41,900 bases of DNA from contig JAUSOZ010000031.1 in the NCBI GenBank assembly GCA_030655955.1, positions 1-41,900 of the forward strand, given 5' to 3'. The position numbers were made by a program, and so were the translations under genes. The notes under the pieces were generated by a model. It worked only from the letters and a program-made list of their open reading frames with translations. It did not search any database and was not told the origin of the DNA. Shown piece after piece: positions 28,509-37,636 of the stretch (the first letter of the stretch is position 1; the number at the start of each line of letters is the position of its first letter). This DNA comes from Deltaproteobacteria bacterium (GTDB taxonomy: Bacteria; Desulfobacterota; Desulfobaccia; Desulfobaccales; 0-14-0-80-60-11).

Positions 28509-30758
28509 ATGGCGAAAACCGAGACCCCGAAAAAAAAGCCCGCCACCCGGAAGCCCAAGGCCGCCCCGGCGCCTAAGCCCGAGCCCGCGCCCGAGGGTAC
28601 CTGGCAAGGGCGGTTGGGCCAGGAGATGGCGGCCCTGCTGTTATTGGGGCTGGCCGGGTTTTTCCTGCTGGCCCTCTGGACCTACACCCGCGTTGATTTT
28701 CCGGGGCTCAAGGCCCTGTGGGACGCCGCGGCGGTCCACAACAGTGCGGGCAAGGCCGGAGTCCTGGTAGCGTATTGCCTCCTCGGGCTGCTGGGTCTGG
28801 CCGCTTATTGGGCGCCCCTGATGCTCCTGGTTCTGGCTTGGCAGTCCCACCATGAAGGACTGGATGACCTGGGCTGGCTCCAAACCCTCTCGGGCCTGGG
28901 GGTCTTGCTGGCCTCAGCGGGGTTGTTGTCTCTGGGGTGGGGTGACAGTCCACATTACAGCGGCGGCTCCCTCGGGGGTTTCCTGGCGGCCGTCTTGCTT
29001 CCGAGCCTCAATACGGTCGGGGCCGCTCTGGCCCTGGCTCTGCTCCTGCTGGTCAGTATCATGGGGGCCACCCGCCTGTCTTACGTGGGACTCATGGCCC
29101 TCCTGGGCCAGGCGCTGAGGTCCGCCTGGGGCCGGGGGCGGGAGCCCGAAGAAGAGTTGCCGGAGGCGCCCCCCTACCACCCCCGGCGGCCAACCATCGG
29201 GCGCCAGACCGTCACCCCGACCGGGGGGGAGGCGGAAGTCCCGGTGCTGACGCCCTCGGTGGCGACGGCAGCCACCCCGGCGCCGGAGGCCCCCGGCTCC
29301 AAATCCCGGAAAGCCGCGCCCACCCCCGGGGTCTATACCCTGCCGGGCCTGGACCTGTTGGACCCGTTGCCGCCCTGGAACCACCAGGTGCAGGAAAACG
29401 CCATGCTGGCCCAGGCCGAGAAACTGGTGAACACCCTGCGTCATTTCGGGGTGGAGGGCCGGGTCACCGCCATTATGACCGGACCGGTGGTTAGCCGCTT
29501 CGAATACGAGCCGGCCCTGGGAGTGAAGATCAGCAAGATCACCGGGTTGGCCGACGACCTGGCCCTGGCCCTGAAGGCCCTGTCCATCCGCATCGTGGCC
29601 CCGGTGCCGGGTAAGGGGGTGCTGGGCATCGAGGTGCCCAACCCCAAGCGCCAGGTGGTGGGCCTCCGGGAGATTTTGGCCGACGCGGCCTACCAGAAGT
29701 CCGCCTCCCGCCTGACGCTGGCCCTGGGCAAAGACATCATGGGCCTCTCGGTGGTTACCGACCTGGCCAAGATGCCCCACCTGCTCATCGCCGGGGCCAC
29801 CGGCAGCGGCAAGAGCGTGGGCCTCAACGCCATGATCCTGAGCATCCTCTTCAAGGCCACCCCGGAGGAGGTGCGCTTCCTGATGGTGGACCCCAAGCGC
29901 ATCGAACTGTCGATGTACGAAGACATTCCCCACCTGCTGCACCCGGTGGTGTTCAACCCCAAGGAGGCCACCATGGCGCTGCACTGGGCCGTGGGGGAGA
30001 TGGAACGCCGCTATGCCTTCCTGAGCGATATGAGCGTGCGCAACATCGAAGGCTACAACCAAAAGGCCGGGGCCAAGAAGGCGGACCCCCGGATCGACGA
30101 GGGCATCCTGCCGCGCTCCCTGCCCTACCTGGTCATCGTTATTGACGAGTTGGCCGACCTGATGCTGGTGGCCTCCCGGGACACGGAAGAGTACCTGATC
30201 CGCCTGGCCCAGAAGGCCCGGGCCTCGGGCATCCACCTGATCGTTGCCACCCAGCGGCCCTCGGTGGACGTCATCACCGGCCTCATCAAGGCCAATTTTC
30301 CCACCCGGATCTCCTACCAGGTTTCGTCCCGGATGGACTCCCGGGTTATCCTGGACGCCATGGGGGCCGAGCGCCTCCTGGGCATGGGGGACCTCCTGTT
30401 CATGCCGCCCGGCACCTCCCGCTTGAGGCGCATCCACGGGCCTTTTGTCACGGAAGAGGAGGTCACCCGGGTCACGGAGTTCCTGAAGGCCCAGGCGGCG
30501 CCGGCGTATGAGCCCGGGATTACCGAGATGCGGGAGGCCGAAGAGGAGATCGCCGAAAACGGCGACCGGGACGAGAAGTATGCCGACGCGGTGGAACTGG
30601 TGGCCGAGACCCGGAACGCCTCCATTTCCATGCTGCAGCGCCGGCTCCGGGTGGGCTACAACCGGGCGGCCCGCATCATCGAGACCATGGAAAAAGAGGG
30701 CCTCATCGGCCCCTCCGACGGTGTCAAAGCCCGGGAGGTCTACGTCCCGAGGCGGTGA
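28509..30758 (+). CDS. ftsK: DNA translocase FtsK
   Basis: N-terminal TM domain; MPHLLIAGATGSGKS, IDELADLM, ATQRPSVD, gamma domain LQRRLRVGYNRAAR. Confidence 0.95.
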   Translation: MAKTETPKKKPATRKPKAAPAPKPEPAPEGTWQGRLGQEMAALLLLGLAGFFLLALWTYTRVDFPGLKALWDAAAVHNSAGKAGVLVAYCLLGLLGLAAYWAPLMLLVLAWQSHHEGLDDLGWLQTLSGLGVLLASAGLLSLGWGDSPHYSGGSLGGFLAAVLLPSLNTVGAALALALLLLVSIMGATRLSYVGLMALLGQALRSAWGRGREPEEELPEAPPYHPRRPTIGRQTVTPTGGEAEVPVLTPSVATAATPAPEAPGSKSRKAAPTPGVYTLPGLDLLDPLPPWNHQVQENAMLAQAEKLVNTLRHFGVEGRVTAIMTGPVVSRFEYEPALGVKISKITGLADDLALALKALSIRIVAPVPGKGVLGIEVPNPKRQVVGLREILADAAYQKSASRLTLALGKDIMGLSVVTDLAKMPHLLIAGATGSGKSVGLNAMILSILFKATPEEVRFLMVDPKRIELSMYEDIPHLLHPVVFNPKEATMALHWAVGEMERRYAFLSDMSVRNIEGYNQKAGAKKADPRIDEGILPRSLPYLVIVIDELADLMLVASRDTEEYLIRLAQKARASGIHLIVATQRPSVDVITGLIKANFPTRISYQVSSRMDSRVILDAMGAERLLGMGDLLFMPPGTSRLRRIHGPFVTEEEVTRVTEFLKAQAAPAYEPGITEMREAEEEIAENGDRDEKYADAVELVAETRNASISMLQRRLRVGYNRAARIIETMEKEGLIGPSDGVKAREVYVPRR

Positions 30759-30856
30759 TTTTCGTCAGGCCCTGACTTGATCACCGGTTATAAGCAACCT
30801 GCCCTGACCCAGCTTGAACATGCATAAACCACAAGTGTTTCACCCTGGAGGCTGAA

Positions 30857-30930
30857 AATCTCCCTACCCCCCCTTTTTCAAAGGGGGGTTTTTAAGTCCC
30901 CCTTTATTAAAGGGGGATTTAGGGGGATTT
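30857..30930. repeat. Branched CCCCCTTT/AAAGGGGG hairpin element
   Basis: Two inner hairpins within an outer stem AAATCTCCCTA / TAGGGGGATTT. Confidence 0.65.
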
Positions 30931-31002
30931 GAAGTTTTCACGGTAAAAGCCCCAGACTTTTTGGTCTTCACACTTCCGCCGATTTAATCCCCAGGATCTG
31001 CT

Positions 31003-31036
31003 ATTGTAAACCGATATTTTATTTATGGTTGACAAT
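31003..31036. promoter_or_regulatory. BirA operator overlapping the bio promoter
   Basis: ATTGTAAACC-N14-GGTTGACAAT matches the BirA box; contains TTGACA. Confidence 0.85.
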
Positions 31037-31064
31037 CGGTTCGCCCTGGGCGATATTTTTCAAG

Positions 31065-32051
31065 ATGAATTATTCGGATTGGCAAGAGCTGTTTAGCCTG
31101 TCGGCGGCGGCGCTGTGGTCCCGGCTGGGTGAGGCCAGTGCCCTTAGAGAGCGGCATTTCGGGCCGCGGGTCAGTTTCTGCGTCATCATCAACGCCAAGT
31201 CCGGCCTCTGTTCCGAGGACTGCGCCTTTTGCTCCCAGTCGGCGAAGGCGGCCAGCCAGGCGCCCCACTATCCCCTGCTGCCCCAGGCCGAGTTGGTGGC
31301 CGCGGCCCGGCAGGCGGCGGCGGCGGGGGCCTCGCGTTTCTCCCTGGTGACCGCGGGCCGGGGGGTCAGCTCGCCAAAAGATCAGAGCGCCATTCTGGCG
31401 GCGGTGGCCGCCATCAAAGAGGCCGTGCCTATCCGTATCTGCGCCTCCTTGGGGATTGTGGACCGGGGTTTCCTTATGGAGTTGAAGGCCGCGGGGCTGT
31501 ACCGGTTTCACCACAACCTGGAGACCGCGGCGTCCTTTTTCCCCCGGATTTGCACCACCCACAGCTTTGCCGAGCGGGTGGCCACCATCGAGGCGGCGCA
31601 GGAAGCCGGGTTGTCGGTGTGCGCCGGGGGGATCTTCGGGTTGGGGGAGACCCTGGCCCAGCGCTGGGAGATGGCCCAGGCGCTCAAAACTCTGGCCGTG
31701 GACGCCATTCCCCTCAACTTTCTCCACCCCCTGGCCGGCACCCTCCTTTCGCACCGCCCGTTGCTGGACCCCCTCACGGCCCTGAAGATCGTCTGCGCCT
31801 TTCGCCTGACGTTCCCGGAGCGCTCGGTCATCATCTGCGGCGGCCGCCAGGTCACCCTGCGCTCCCTGGCCCCCCTGCTGTTTGCCGCCGGGGCTGACTC
31901 CCTGATGACCGGGGATTATCTCACCACCCGGGGCCGCCTGCCCGATGACGACCGGCAGATGCTGGCGGATTTGGGCCTGGAATTGGTGCAGGAGGGCTCG
32001 GCGCCTGCAGCCGGCCAGGGCGCCCTGGCCCAAACAGGGGAAGATGCGTGA
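31065..32051 (+). CDS. bioB: Biotin synthase
   Basis: NAKSG.CSEDCAFC.QS, CASLG, HHNLET, P.N.L, GGR, GDYLTT. Confidence 0.95.
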   Translation: MNYSDWQELFSLSAAALWSRLGEASALRERHFGPRVSFCVIINAKSGLCSEDCAFCSQSAKAASQAPHYPLLPQAELVAAARQAAAAGASRFSLVTAGRGVSSPKDQSAILAAVAAIKEAVPIRICASLGIVDRGFLMELKAAGLYRFHHNLETAASFFPRICTTHSFAERVATIEAAQEAGLSVCAGGIFGLGETLAQRWEMAQALKTLAVDAIPLNFLHPLAGTLLSHRPLLDPLTALKIVCAFRLTFPERSVIICGGRQVTLRSLAPLLFAAGADSLMTGDYLTTRGRLPDDDRQMLADLGLELVQEGSAPAAGQGALAQTGEDA

Positions 32052-32785
32052 ACCGGTCACTGCCACTGCTGCCCGCCATTCGAGGAATTTTTATCACCGG
32101 CACTGATACCGACGTGGGCAAGACCTGGGTGGCCGCGGGGTTGACCGCGGCGCTGCGGCAGCGGGGGGTGAAGGCGGTTTATTTCAAACCGGTCCAGAGC
32201 GGTTGCCCCGAGGCAGAGGGGCGCCTTGTCCCTACGGATGCCAAGTTTGCCCGGACCCTGGCCGGTTTGACCGAGCCCCTGGAAGTCCTCAGCCCCATCG
32301 CCCTGCGGCTGCCCCTGGCCCCCGGGGTGGCTGCGGCCCAGGCCGGGGTGGTGGTGGACCTGGAGTTGATTGCCGCCAGTCTCCGGGAACTGGCGGGGCG
32401 CTATGATTTTTTTGTGGTGGAAGGCGCCGGGGGGCTGTATGTCCCCCTCGTGGGCATGGACTTTCTGGTCCTGGACCTGATCCGCTGGCTGGGCTTACCC
32501 CTGGCGGTGGTGGCCCACTCCGGCCTGGGGACCATCAACCACACGGTTCTCACCGTCAAGGCGGCGCTGGCGGCCGACATCGAGGTGGCCGGGGTTATCC
32601 TCAACCGCTACCCCGAAAACCCGGGACTGGCGGCGGCCACCAATCCCGGGGTGATCGAGGCGCTCACCGGGGTGCCTATCCTGGGGCGACTGCCGGAAGT
32701 GCCTGACCTTACTTCCCCGGCGGGCCGGGAGGTTTTTCTGGCCGCGATTAAGCCTATTGCCGAGCAGCTCATGGGGTCATTTTGA
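32048..32785 (+). CDS. bioD: Dethiobiotin synthase
   Basis: ITGTDTDVGKT, KPVQSG, VEGAGG, LGTINHT. Confidence 0.95.
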   Translation: MNRSLPLLPAIRGIFITGTDTDVGKTWVAAGLTAALRQRGVKAVYFKPVQSGCPEAEGRLVPTDAKFARTLAGLTEPLEVLSPIALRLPLAPGVAAAQAGVVVDLELIAASLRELAGRYDFFVVEGAGGLYVPLVGMDFLVLDLIRWLGLPLAVVAHSGLGTINHTVLTVKAALAADIEVAGVILNRYPENPGLAAATNPGVIEALTGVPILGRLPEVPDLTSPAGREVFLAAIKPIAEQLMGSF

Positions 32786-32974
32786 TGAGGTACAGGTGTC
32801 GCATTCTCCATGGCAGGCTCATGGTGCGTGAGACGCACCCTACTTTTTGTGACTTCGCTCGGATAATAATTCGCATTCAAAAGGGAACTATCTACATGTA
32901 GGGGTGCACCTGTGTGTGCGCCCTGGTTGAGGGCGGACACGCAGGTCCGCCCCTACGTAACCTGTCGTATCAAT

Positions 32975-34147
32975 ATGGACGAGTTAACCAAAGAACTGGA
33001 CGCCTTGGATACCCGGTCGCTGCGGCGGCGCCTGCGGGTGGTGGACGAGGTGCTGCCCGGCGGCAAGGTCAGAGTGGCCGGGCAGGTTCGTCTCAATTTA
33101 TCCTCCAACGATTACCTGGGTCTGTCCCTGGACCCCCGGATTATCGCCGCGGCTTGCGCCGCGGCGTCCCGGTGGGGCGCCGGGGCCGGGGCCTCCCGCC
33201 TGGTGGTGGGGCACCTGGCCCTGCACGAGGCGGTGGAAGCCAGGCTGGCCGATTTTAAGGGCACCGAGGCCGCAGTGATTTTCCCCACCGGCTACATGGC
33301 TAACGTGGGGACCATCTCTGCCCTCATGGGACCCGGGGATGTGATTTTCAGCGACCGCCTCAACCACGCCAGCATCTATGACGGCATCAAGCTGTCCGGG
33401 GCGGCGCTCAAGCGCTTTCCCCACCGGGATCTGAACCGCCTGGAGCAACTGCTGCGTGAGGCCGGGGCCGCGCGGCGGCGCTTGATCGTCACCGACTCGG
33501 TGTTCTCGGTGGACGGCGACCTGGCGCCGCTCACGGAAATGGCGGCCTTAAAGGCGCGGTACGGGGCCTGGCTGATGGTAGATGAGGCCCACGCCACCGG
33601 CGTGTTGGGGGCCAAAGGCGGCGGACTGGCCGAAGCCTTGGGCCTGACCCGGGAGGTGGACATTCATCTGGGCACGTTTTCCAAGGCCTTGGGTTCCCAA
33701 GGGGGCTTCGTGGCCGGGGACCGGCGCCTGGTGGACTACCTCCACAACCGGGCCCGGTCCTTCATCTACTCCACCGCCCTGGCCCCACCGGTGCTGGGGG
33801 CCATCGACCAGGCGTTGCAGATTGTGGTGCAGGAGCCGGAGCGGCGGCTTTTTCTGCAGCGGCAATCCGAGAATTTTCGTCAGGACCTCCTGGCGGCCGG
33901 GCTGGATATCCTGGGGAGCGAAACCCAGATTATCCCGGTGCTGGTGGGAGAAAACGACCGCACCCTGAAGTTCGCCGCCCGTCTCATGGACCAGGGGCTC
34001 ATGGCGGTGGCCTTGCGCCCGCCGACGGTGCCGCCGGGCCGCGCCCGGGTGCGGTTTTCCCTGTGCGCGGCCCATGCCGAAGATGATTTAACCCGCGCCC
34101 GGGAGGTCATCGTAGCCACGGCCCGGGCCATGGGCCTGGGGTCATGA
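32975..34147 (+). CDS. bioF: 8-amino-7-oxononanoate synthase
   Basis: SNDYLGL, GASRL..G, NHAS..DG, VDEAHA.G, GTFSKA, RPPTVP. Confidence 0.95.
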   Translation: MDELTKELDALDTRSLRRRLRVVDEVLPGGKVRVAGQVRLNLSSNDYLGLSLDPRIIAAACAAASRWGAGAGASRLVVGHLALHEAVEARLADFKGTEAAVIFPTGYMANVGTISALMGPGDVIFSDRLNHASIYDGIKLSGAALKRFPHRDLNRLEQLLREAGAARRRLIVTDSVFSVDGDLAPLTEMAALKARYGAWLMVDEAHATGVLGAKGGGLAEALGLTREVDIHLGTFSKALGSQGGFVAGDRRLVDYLHNRARSFIYSTALAPPVLGAIDQALQIVVQEPERRLFLQRQSENFRQDLLAAGLDILGSETQIIPVLVGENDRTLKFAARLMDQGLMAVALRPPTVPPGRARVRFSLCAAHAEDDLTRAREVIVATARAMGLGS

Positions 34148-34857
34148 CCACCCTGGTTTTGTTCCACGGCTGGGGCGCCTCCGGCCGGGTTTGGGAACGA
34201 CAGGCCGCGGCCTTCGGCGACCGGATGCCGGTCTTGACGCCCACGGTGCCGGTCTGGGAGGTGGACTGGTTGGCTGAGTATTTACGGGGATTGGACCTGC
34301 AAGAATGCCTGCTGGTGGGGTGGTCCCTGGGAGGCATGCTCCTCCTGGAGGCCCTCAGCCAGCTGACGGACCCGCCGCCTAACGGGCTGGTCCTGGTGGG
34401 GGTGGCCCCGGTCTTTACTCAACGTCCCGATTACCCCTGGGGACAACCCCCGGCCGTGGTCCGGGCCATGCGCCGGGCTCTTATGAAAAATATGAAAAAT
34501 CCGCCGCAGGTGCTGGCTGAGTTTGCCGAACAGTGCCTGGCCCCGGGGGAGGCGGCATTTGCTTCCCAGGCCCGGGAGGCGTTTGCGGTTCCGGCAGGCG
34601 CCGGGACCCTGGCGGCAGGCCTCGATTATTTGTTGCGGCGTGACCTGAGGCCCCTGCTTGCCAGCCTGCCCGCCGGGGCAGTGGTCATCCAGGGGCAGGC
34701 GGACCGGATCGTGGACCCGGCCCAGGGACGGTTCCTGCAGGAACAGCTTCCCGGGGCCCGGCTCCATCTTCTGCCGGCAGCCGGGCATCTCCCCTTTCTG
34801 ACCCAGGCGGCGGCTTTTAACGGGATATTAGAGCAATGCTTGAGCACGGCGAGCTAA
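34144..34857 (+). CDS. bioH: Pimeloyl-ACP methyl ester carboxylesterase
   Basis: HGWG, GWSLGG, D, GH.PF; between bioF and bioC. Confidence 0.8.
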   Translation: MTTLVLFHGWGASGRVWERQAAAFGDRMPVLTPTVPVWEVDWLAEYLRGLDLQECLLVGWSLGGMLLLEALSQLTDPPPNGLVLVGVAPVFTQRPDYPWGQPPAVVRAMRRALMKNMKNPPQVLAEFAEQCLAPGEAAFASQAREAFAVPAGAGTLAAGLDYLLRRDLRPLLASLPAGAVVIQGQADRIVDPAQGRFLQEQLPGARLHLLPAAGHLPFLTQAAAFNGILEQCLSTAS

Positions 34858-34859
34858 AG

Positions 34860-35696
34860 ATGCAGTTCGAGTTGGGACCTCTATCCTTCCTGGAGGATGA
34901 TCGGGAAGTCAAACAGGGCATCAGACGCAATTTTGCCCGGCGAGCCCGGTCCTATGACCGGCATGCCGAGATGCAGCGCCGCATGGCCCACGGACTGGTG
35001 GCGGCGGTGGGAGACGTGCTGGCCCGGGCCGGGCGTATCCTCGAGATCGGCTGCGGCACCGGTTATCTCACCGGCCTCCTCCGGCAGGCCAACCGGGAGG
35101 CCCGGCTGGTGGCTCTCGACCTGGACGCCGCCCTGGTGGATGCGGCCCGGCGGCGCCTGGGACCGGAGGCGGGGGTGGCGTGGCTGGTGGCGGACGGGGA
35201 GACCCCGCTCCGGGGCGAGTATGACCTGATTATCGCCAACGCCACCTTCCAGTGGTTCACCCGCCCCGAAGAGACCCTGGCGGCCTTATACCGGAATTTG
35301 GCTCCCGGAGGCGTCCTGGCCTTCTCCACCCTGGGACCCCAAACCTTTCAGGAACTGGCCGAGTCCTTGAACCGGGCCGCCCGAAACCTGAACCTCCCGG
35401 CGCTCCCCCCGATTCCGGCCCAAGGATTTGGCGATCGGGAGAGCTGGTCCGAGCGCTTATATCGGGCCGGATTCCCTCAGGTCCGGCTGGCCCGGGAAAT
35501 GGCCACCGCCACCTTCCCCTCGGTTAAGGAGTTTCTCCAGGCCCTCCAGGCCACGGGAGCCACCAACCCCCGGCCCGGCCAATTTTCTCCCCGCCTGCTG
35601 CACGCCCTCATCGCGGCGTATCAGACCAACTACGGCAGCGACGGCGCCATCCCGGTAAGCTACGAAATGATCTGGGCGGTGGCCGAAAAATATTGA
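34860..35696 (+). CDS. bioC: Malonyl-ACP O-methyltransferase
   Basis: F.R.A..YD.HA..Q, LEIGCGTG, N..FQW, ST.GP.T..EL, L.ATGA. Confidence 0.88.
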   Translation: MQFELGPLSFLEDDREVKQGIRRNFARRARSYDRHAEMQRRMAHGLVAAVGDVLARAGRILEIGCGTGYLTGLLRQANREARLVALDLDAALVDAARRRLGPEAGVAWLVADGETPLRGEYDLIIANATFQWFTRPEETLAALYRNLAPGGVLAFSTLGPQTFQELAESLNRAARNLNLPALPPIPAQGFGDRESWSERLYRAGFPQVRLAREMATATFPSVKEFLQALQATGATNPRPGQFSPRLLHALIAAYQTNYGSDGAIPVSYEMIWAVAEKY

Positions 35697-35702
35697 AGGC
35701 AG

Positions 35703-35880
35703 TTTTTGAGGGGAGGCCGGGGGAAGCCCTTACGAAAACTTCCCCCGGACCTCCCCTCCCATCCCCCTGTATGGGGGTGGGGGAGAGGCCAAGAGCCTTG
35801 GGTTCATGGCCCATCATGTGTAAATAGGTTGTAAGCGCATTCGGTCAGGAGCGGGCGCTCCTGACCTCCTCCCTCAAAAA
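35703..35880. repeat. G/C-rich hairpins between convergent bioC and HPF gene
   Basis: GAGGGGAGGCCGGGGGAAG / CTTCCCCCGGACCTCCCCTC; outer TTTTTGAGGGGAGG matches CCTCCTCCCTCAAAAA at the far end. Confidence 0.6.
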
Positions 35881-35883
35881 TTC

Positions 35884-36414
35884 TTACAGCGGCTGGACCC
35901 AGATGGCCTGGGGGCCCTGGTCCCCGGCCTCCTGGGTGAATTTCACTGGCGTGCCCGGCGTCAGGTGGCTGAACTTGCCTTTCTTTACCGCGTGGGCGTG
36001 GAAGTAGACCTCCAGGCCCTCGTCGCTTTCGATAAAGCCGTAGTCGTCATCCAGGAAAAGACGCACCACCCTCCCCCGTTGGGCAACTTCTTCGTGGGTT
36101 TTGATTTGCTGTTGGACAACCTGTGAGTGCTCGGCCAAGCGGCGGTCCAGGACGTCAAAAGCCTCCGAGGTCAGAGGAATGACCATTTCGCCCTGCCGCA
36201 TTATGGTGATGGTGTCTCCGGGGATGGAGACCACCAGGTGGACCTCGAAGGCCCCGAGCCGGTGGTGGGCCGTGCCGATGATTTCCACCCGGGCGTGGAG
36301 GATGGGGTCGTGATAGTGTTTCTGCAGGCGGGCCAGTTCTTCCTCAATCTTTTCCCGCCACTCGGGCAGGATTTCCAGATTACGGCCTTCAATATGAACA
36401 TCCTGGGGCAGCAT
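35884..36414 (-). CDS. HPF/RaiA ribosome-associated domain fused to a cold-shock domain
   Basis: N-terminal S30EA-like region, C-terminal YGFI...G.EVYFH....GP.A; AGGAGG RBS. Confidence 0.8.
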   Translation of the reverse strand: MLPQDVHIEGRNLEILPEWREKIEEELARLQKHYHDPILHARVEIIGTAHHRLGAFEVHLVVSIPGDTITIMRQGEMVIPLTSEAFDVLDRRLAEHSQVVQQQIKTHEEVAQRGRVVRLFLDDDYGFIESDEGLEVYFHAHAVKKGKFSHLTPGTPVKFTQEAGDQGPQAIWVQPL

Positions 36415-36545
36415 CGAGCACCTCCTGTGGAATACGCAACTCATTAATTATTAAGAGTTGAAACCGTGCTTGTCAATCGGCGTCCGCTTATCAGGACGGG
36501 TGGCGGGGTCAGGGTGTCGAGGGGGAGAAGGGGAGATGTCTGGGG

Positions 36546-37421
36546 TTACTGCGTGCCGATGAAGAACGGGCGGAAGGTGGACTCGTCCTGGCACAGGGCC
36601 CGGCGCAGGGCCTCGAGCATGGCGTCCCGGTCCTCGGGCAGCCGGCCATTGATGTCGAGATAGTTGGTGTAGTGGTCGCTGGTAACCTGCGTGGGCGTCG
36701 TGATCTGCGACAGAAGAGTCATGGTTTCTGTGAGCGCCTGATGCGGGCTAAGCATCTGAAACCGCCCAGCCTGGACGTCGGCCAGCAAGGGGGTGTTGAC
36801 CTTGGGGACGAAGGTCCTGAGGCGCACCACCGCCGGATGCATATCGCTAATGACCCGGGCGGTTTCCCGGGCGTGGGTCTCGGAACGGTCCTGGCCGCCG
36901 ATTCCCACCATGACGTAGGCGTTGATCTTCAGGTCCGCGGCCCGGGCCATGTGGCCCGCCCGGATGTGGTCCTGGGCGGTAGCGCCTTTTTTGATTCGGG
37001 TCAGGATGACGTCGTCGCCGGATTCCACCCCGACGTGAATCCGCCCCAACCCGGCCTGGGCCAGGGTCTGAAGCTGATCCGGACCTTTGCGGTGGATGTA
37101 CTGGGACGAACCGTAGACCGTGATCCGCTCCAACCGGGGAAAGAAGGTGTAGCTGTAACGGCAGATTGCTGCCAGGGCCGCGGTCGGCATGGCGATGGTG
37201 TTGCCGGCGGGGAAAAACAGGGTGCGCACCCGGGCGCCATAAGTTGCCGCGGCATCAATCAGGTCGGCCTTGATCTCAGAGACCGGCCTCACCTTGAACT
37301 TCACGCCGTCTTTATAAACCATGCAAAAGGTGCAGAGGTTGTGGGGGCAACCCACGGTGGCCTGGACGAGCAGGCTGTCGGCTTCACTGGGGGGCCGGTA
37401 AATGGGGCCGTCGTAGCGCAT
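36546..37421 (-). CDS. Uncharacterised radical SAM protein
   Basis: YDGP.YRPPSEA.S, GCPHNLCTFC.., G.ESG.D.IL..IKKG, SDH..NY. Confidence 0.85.
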   Translation of the reverse strand: MRYDGPIYRPPSEADSLLVQATVGCPHNLCTFCMVYKDGVKFKVRPVSEIKADLIDAAATYGARVRTLFFPAGNTIAMPTAALAAICRYSYTFFPRLERITVYGSSQYIHRKGPDQLQTLAQAGLGRIHVGVESGDDVILTRIKKGATAQDHIRAGHMARAADLKINAYVMVGIGGQDRSETHARETARVISDMHPAVVRLRTFVPKVNTPLLADVQAGRFQMLSPHQALTETMTLLSQITTPTQVTSDHYTNYLDINGRLPEDRDAMLEALRRALCQDESTFRPFFIGTQ

Positions 37422-37636
37422 GGAGAGGTGCCGGGGGCGTAGGGGCGGTTCGCGAACCGCCCCTACGGTCGAAGTCATAGTTATGTATATTATAACACAT
37501 CCTGGGAGAGACCACCGCAGTGACCGGCAACGACGCCGATTCCCGCAGGCCGGCCCGGCCCTGATTATGTACTGGGCAGGGCTGGGGATTAATGGTAGTA
37601 TGTCTGTGTCTAAACCAAGTTAGGTGCAAGCAATAC

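Noticed and set aside
30857-30930. Branched structure as a possible tRNA
   Set aside because: No TTCGA T-loop, D-loop or CCA; consists of homopolymer hairpins.
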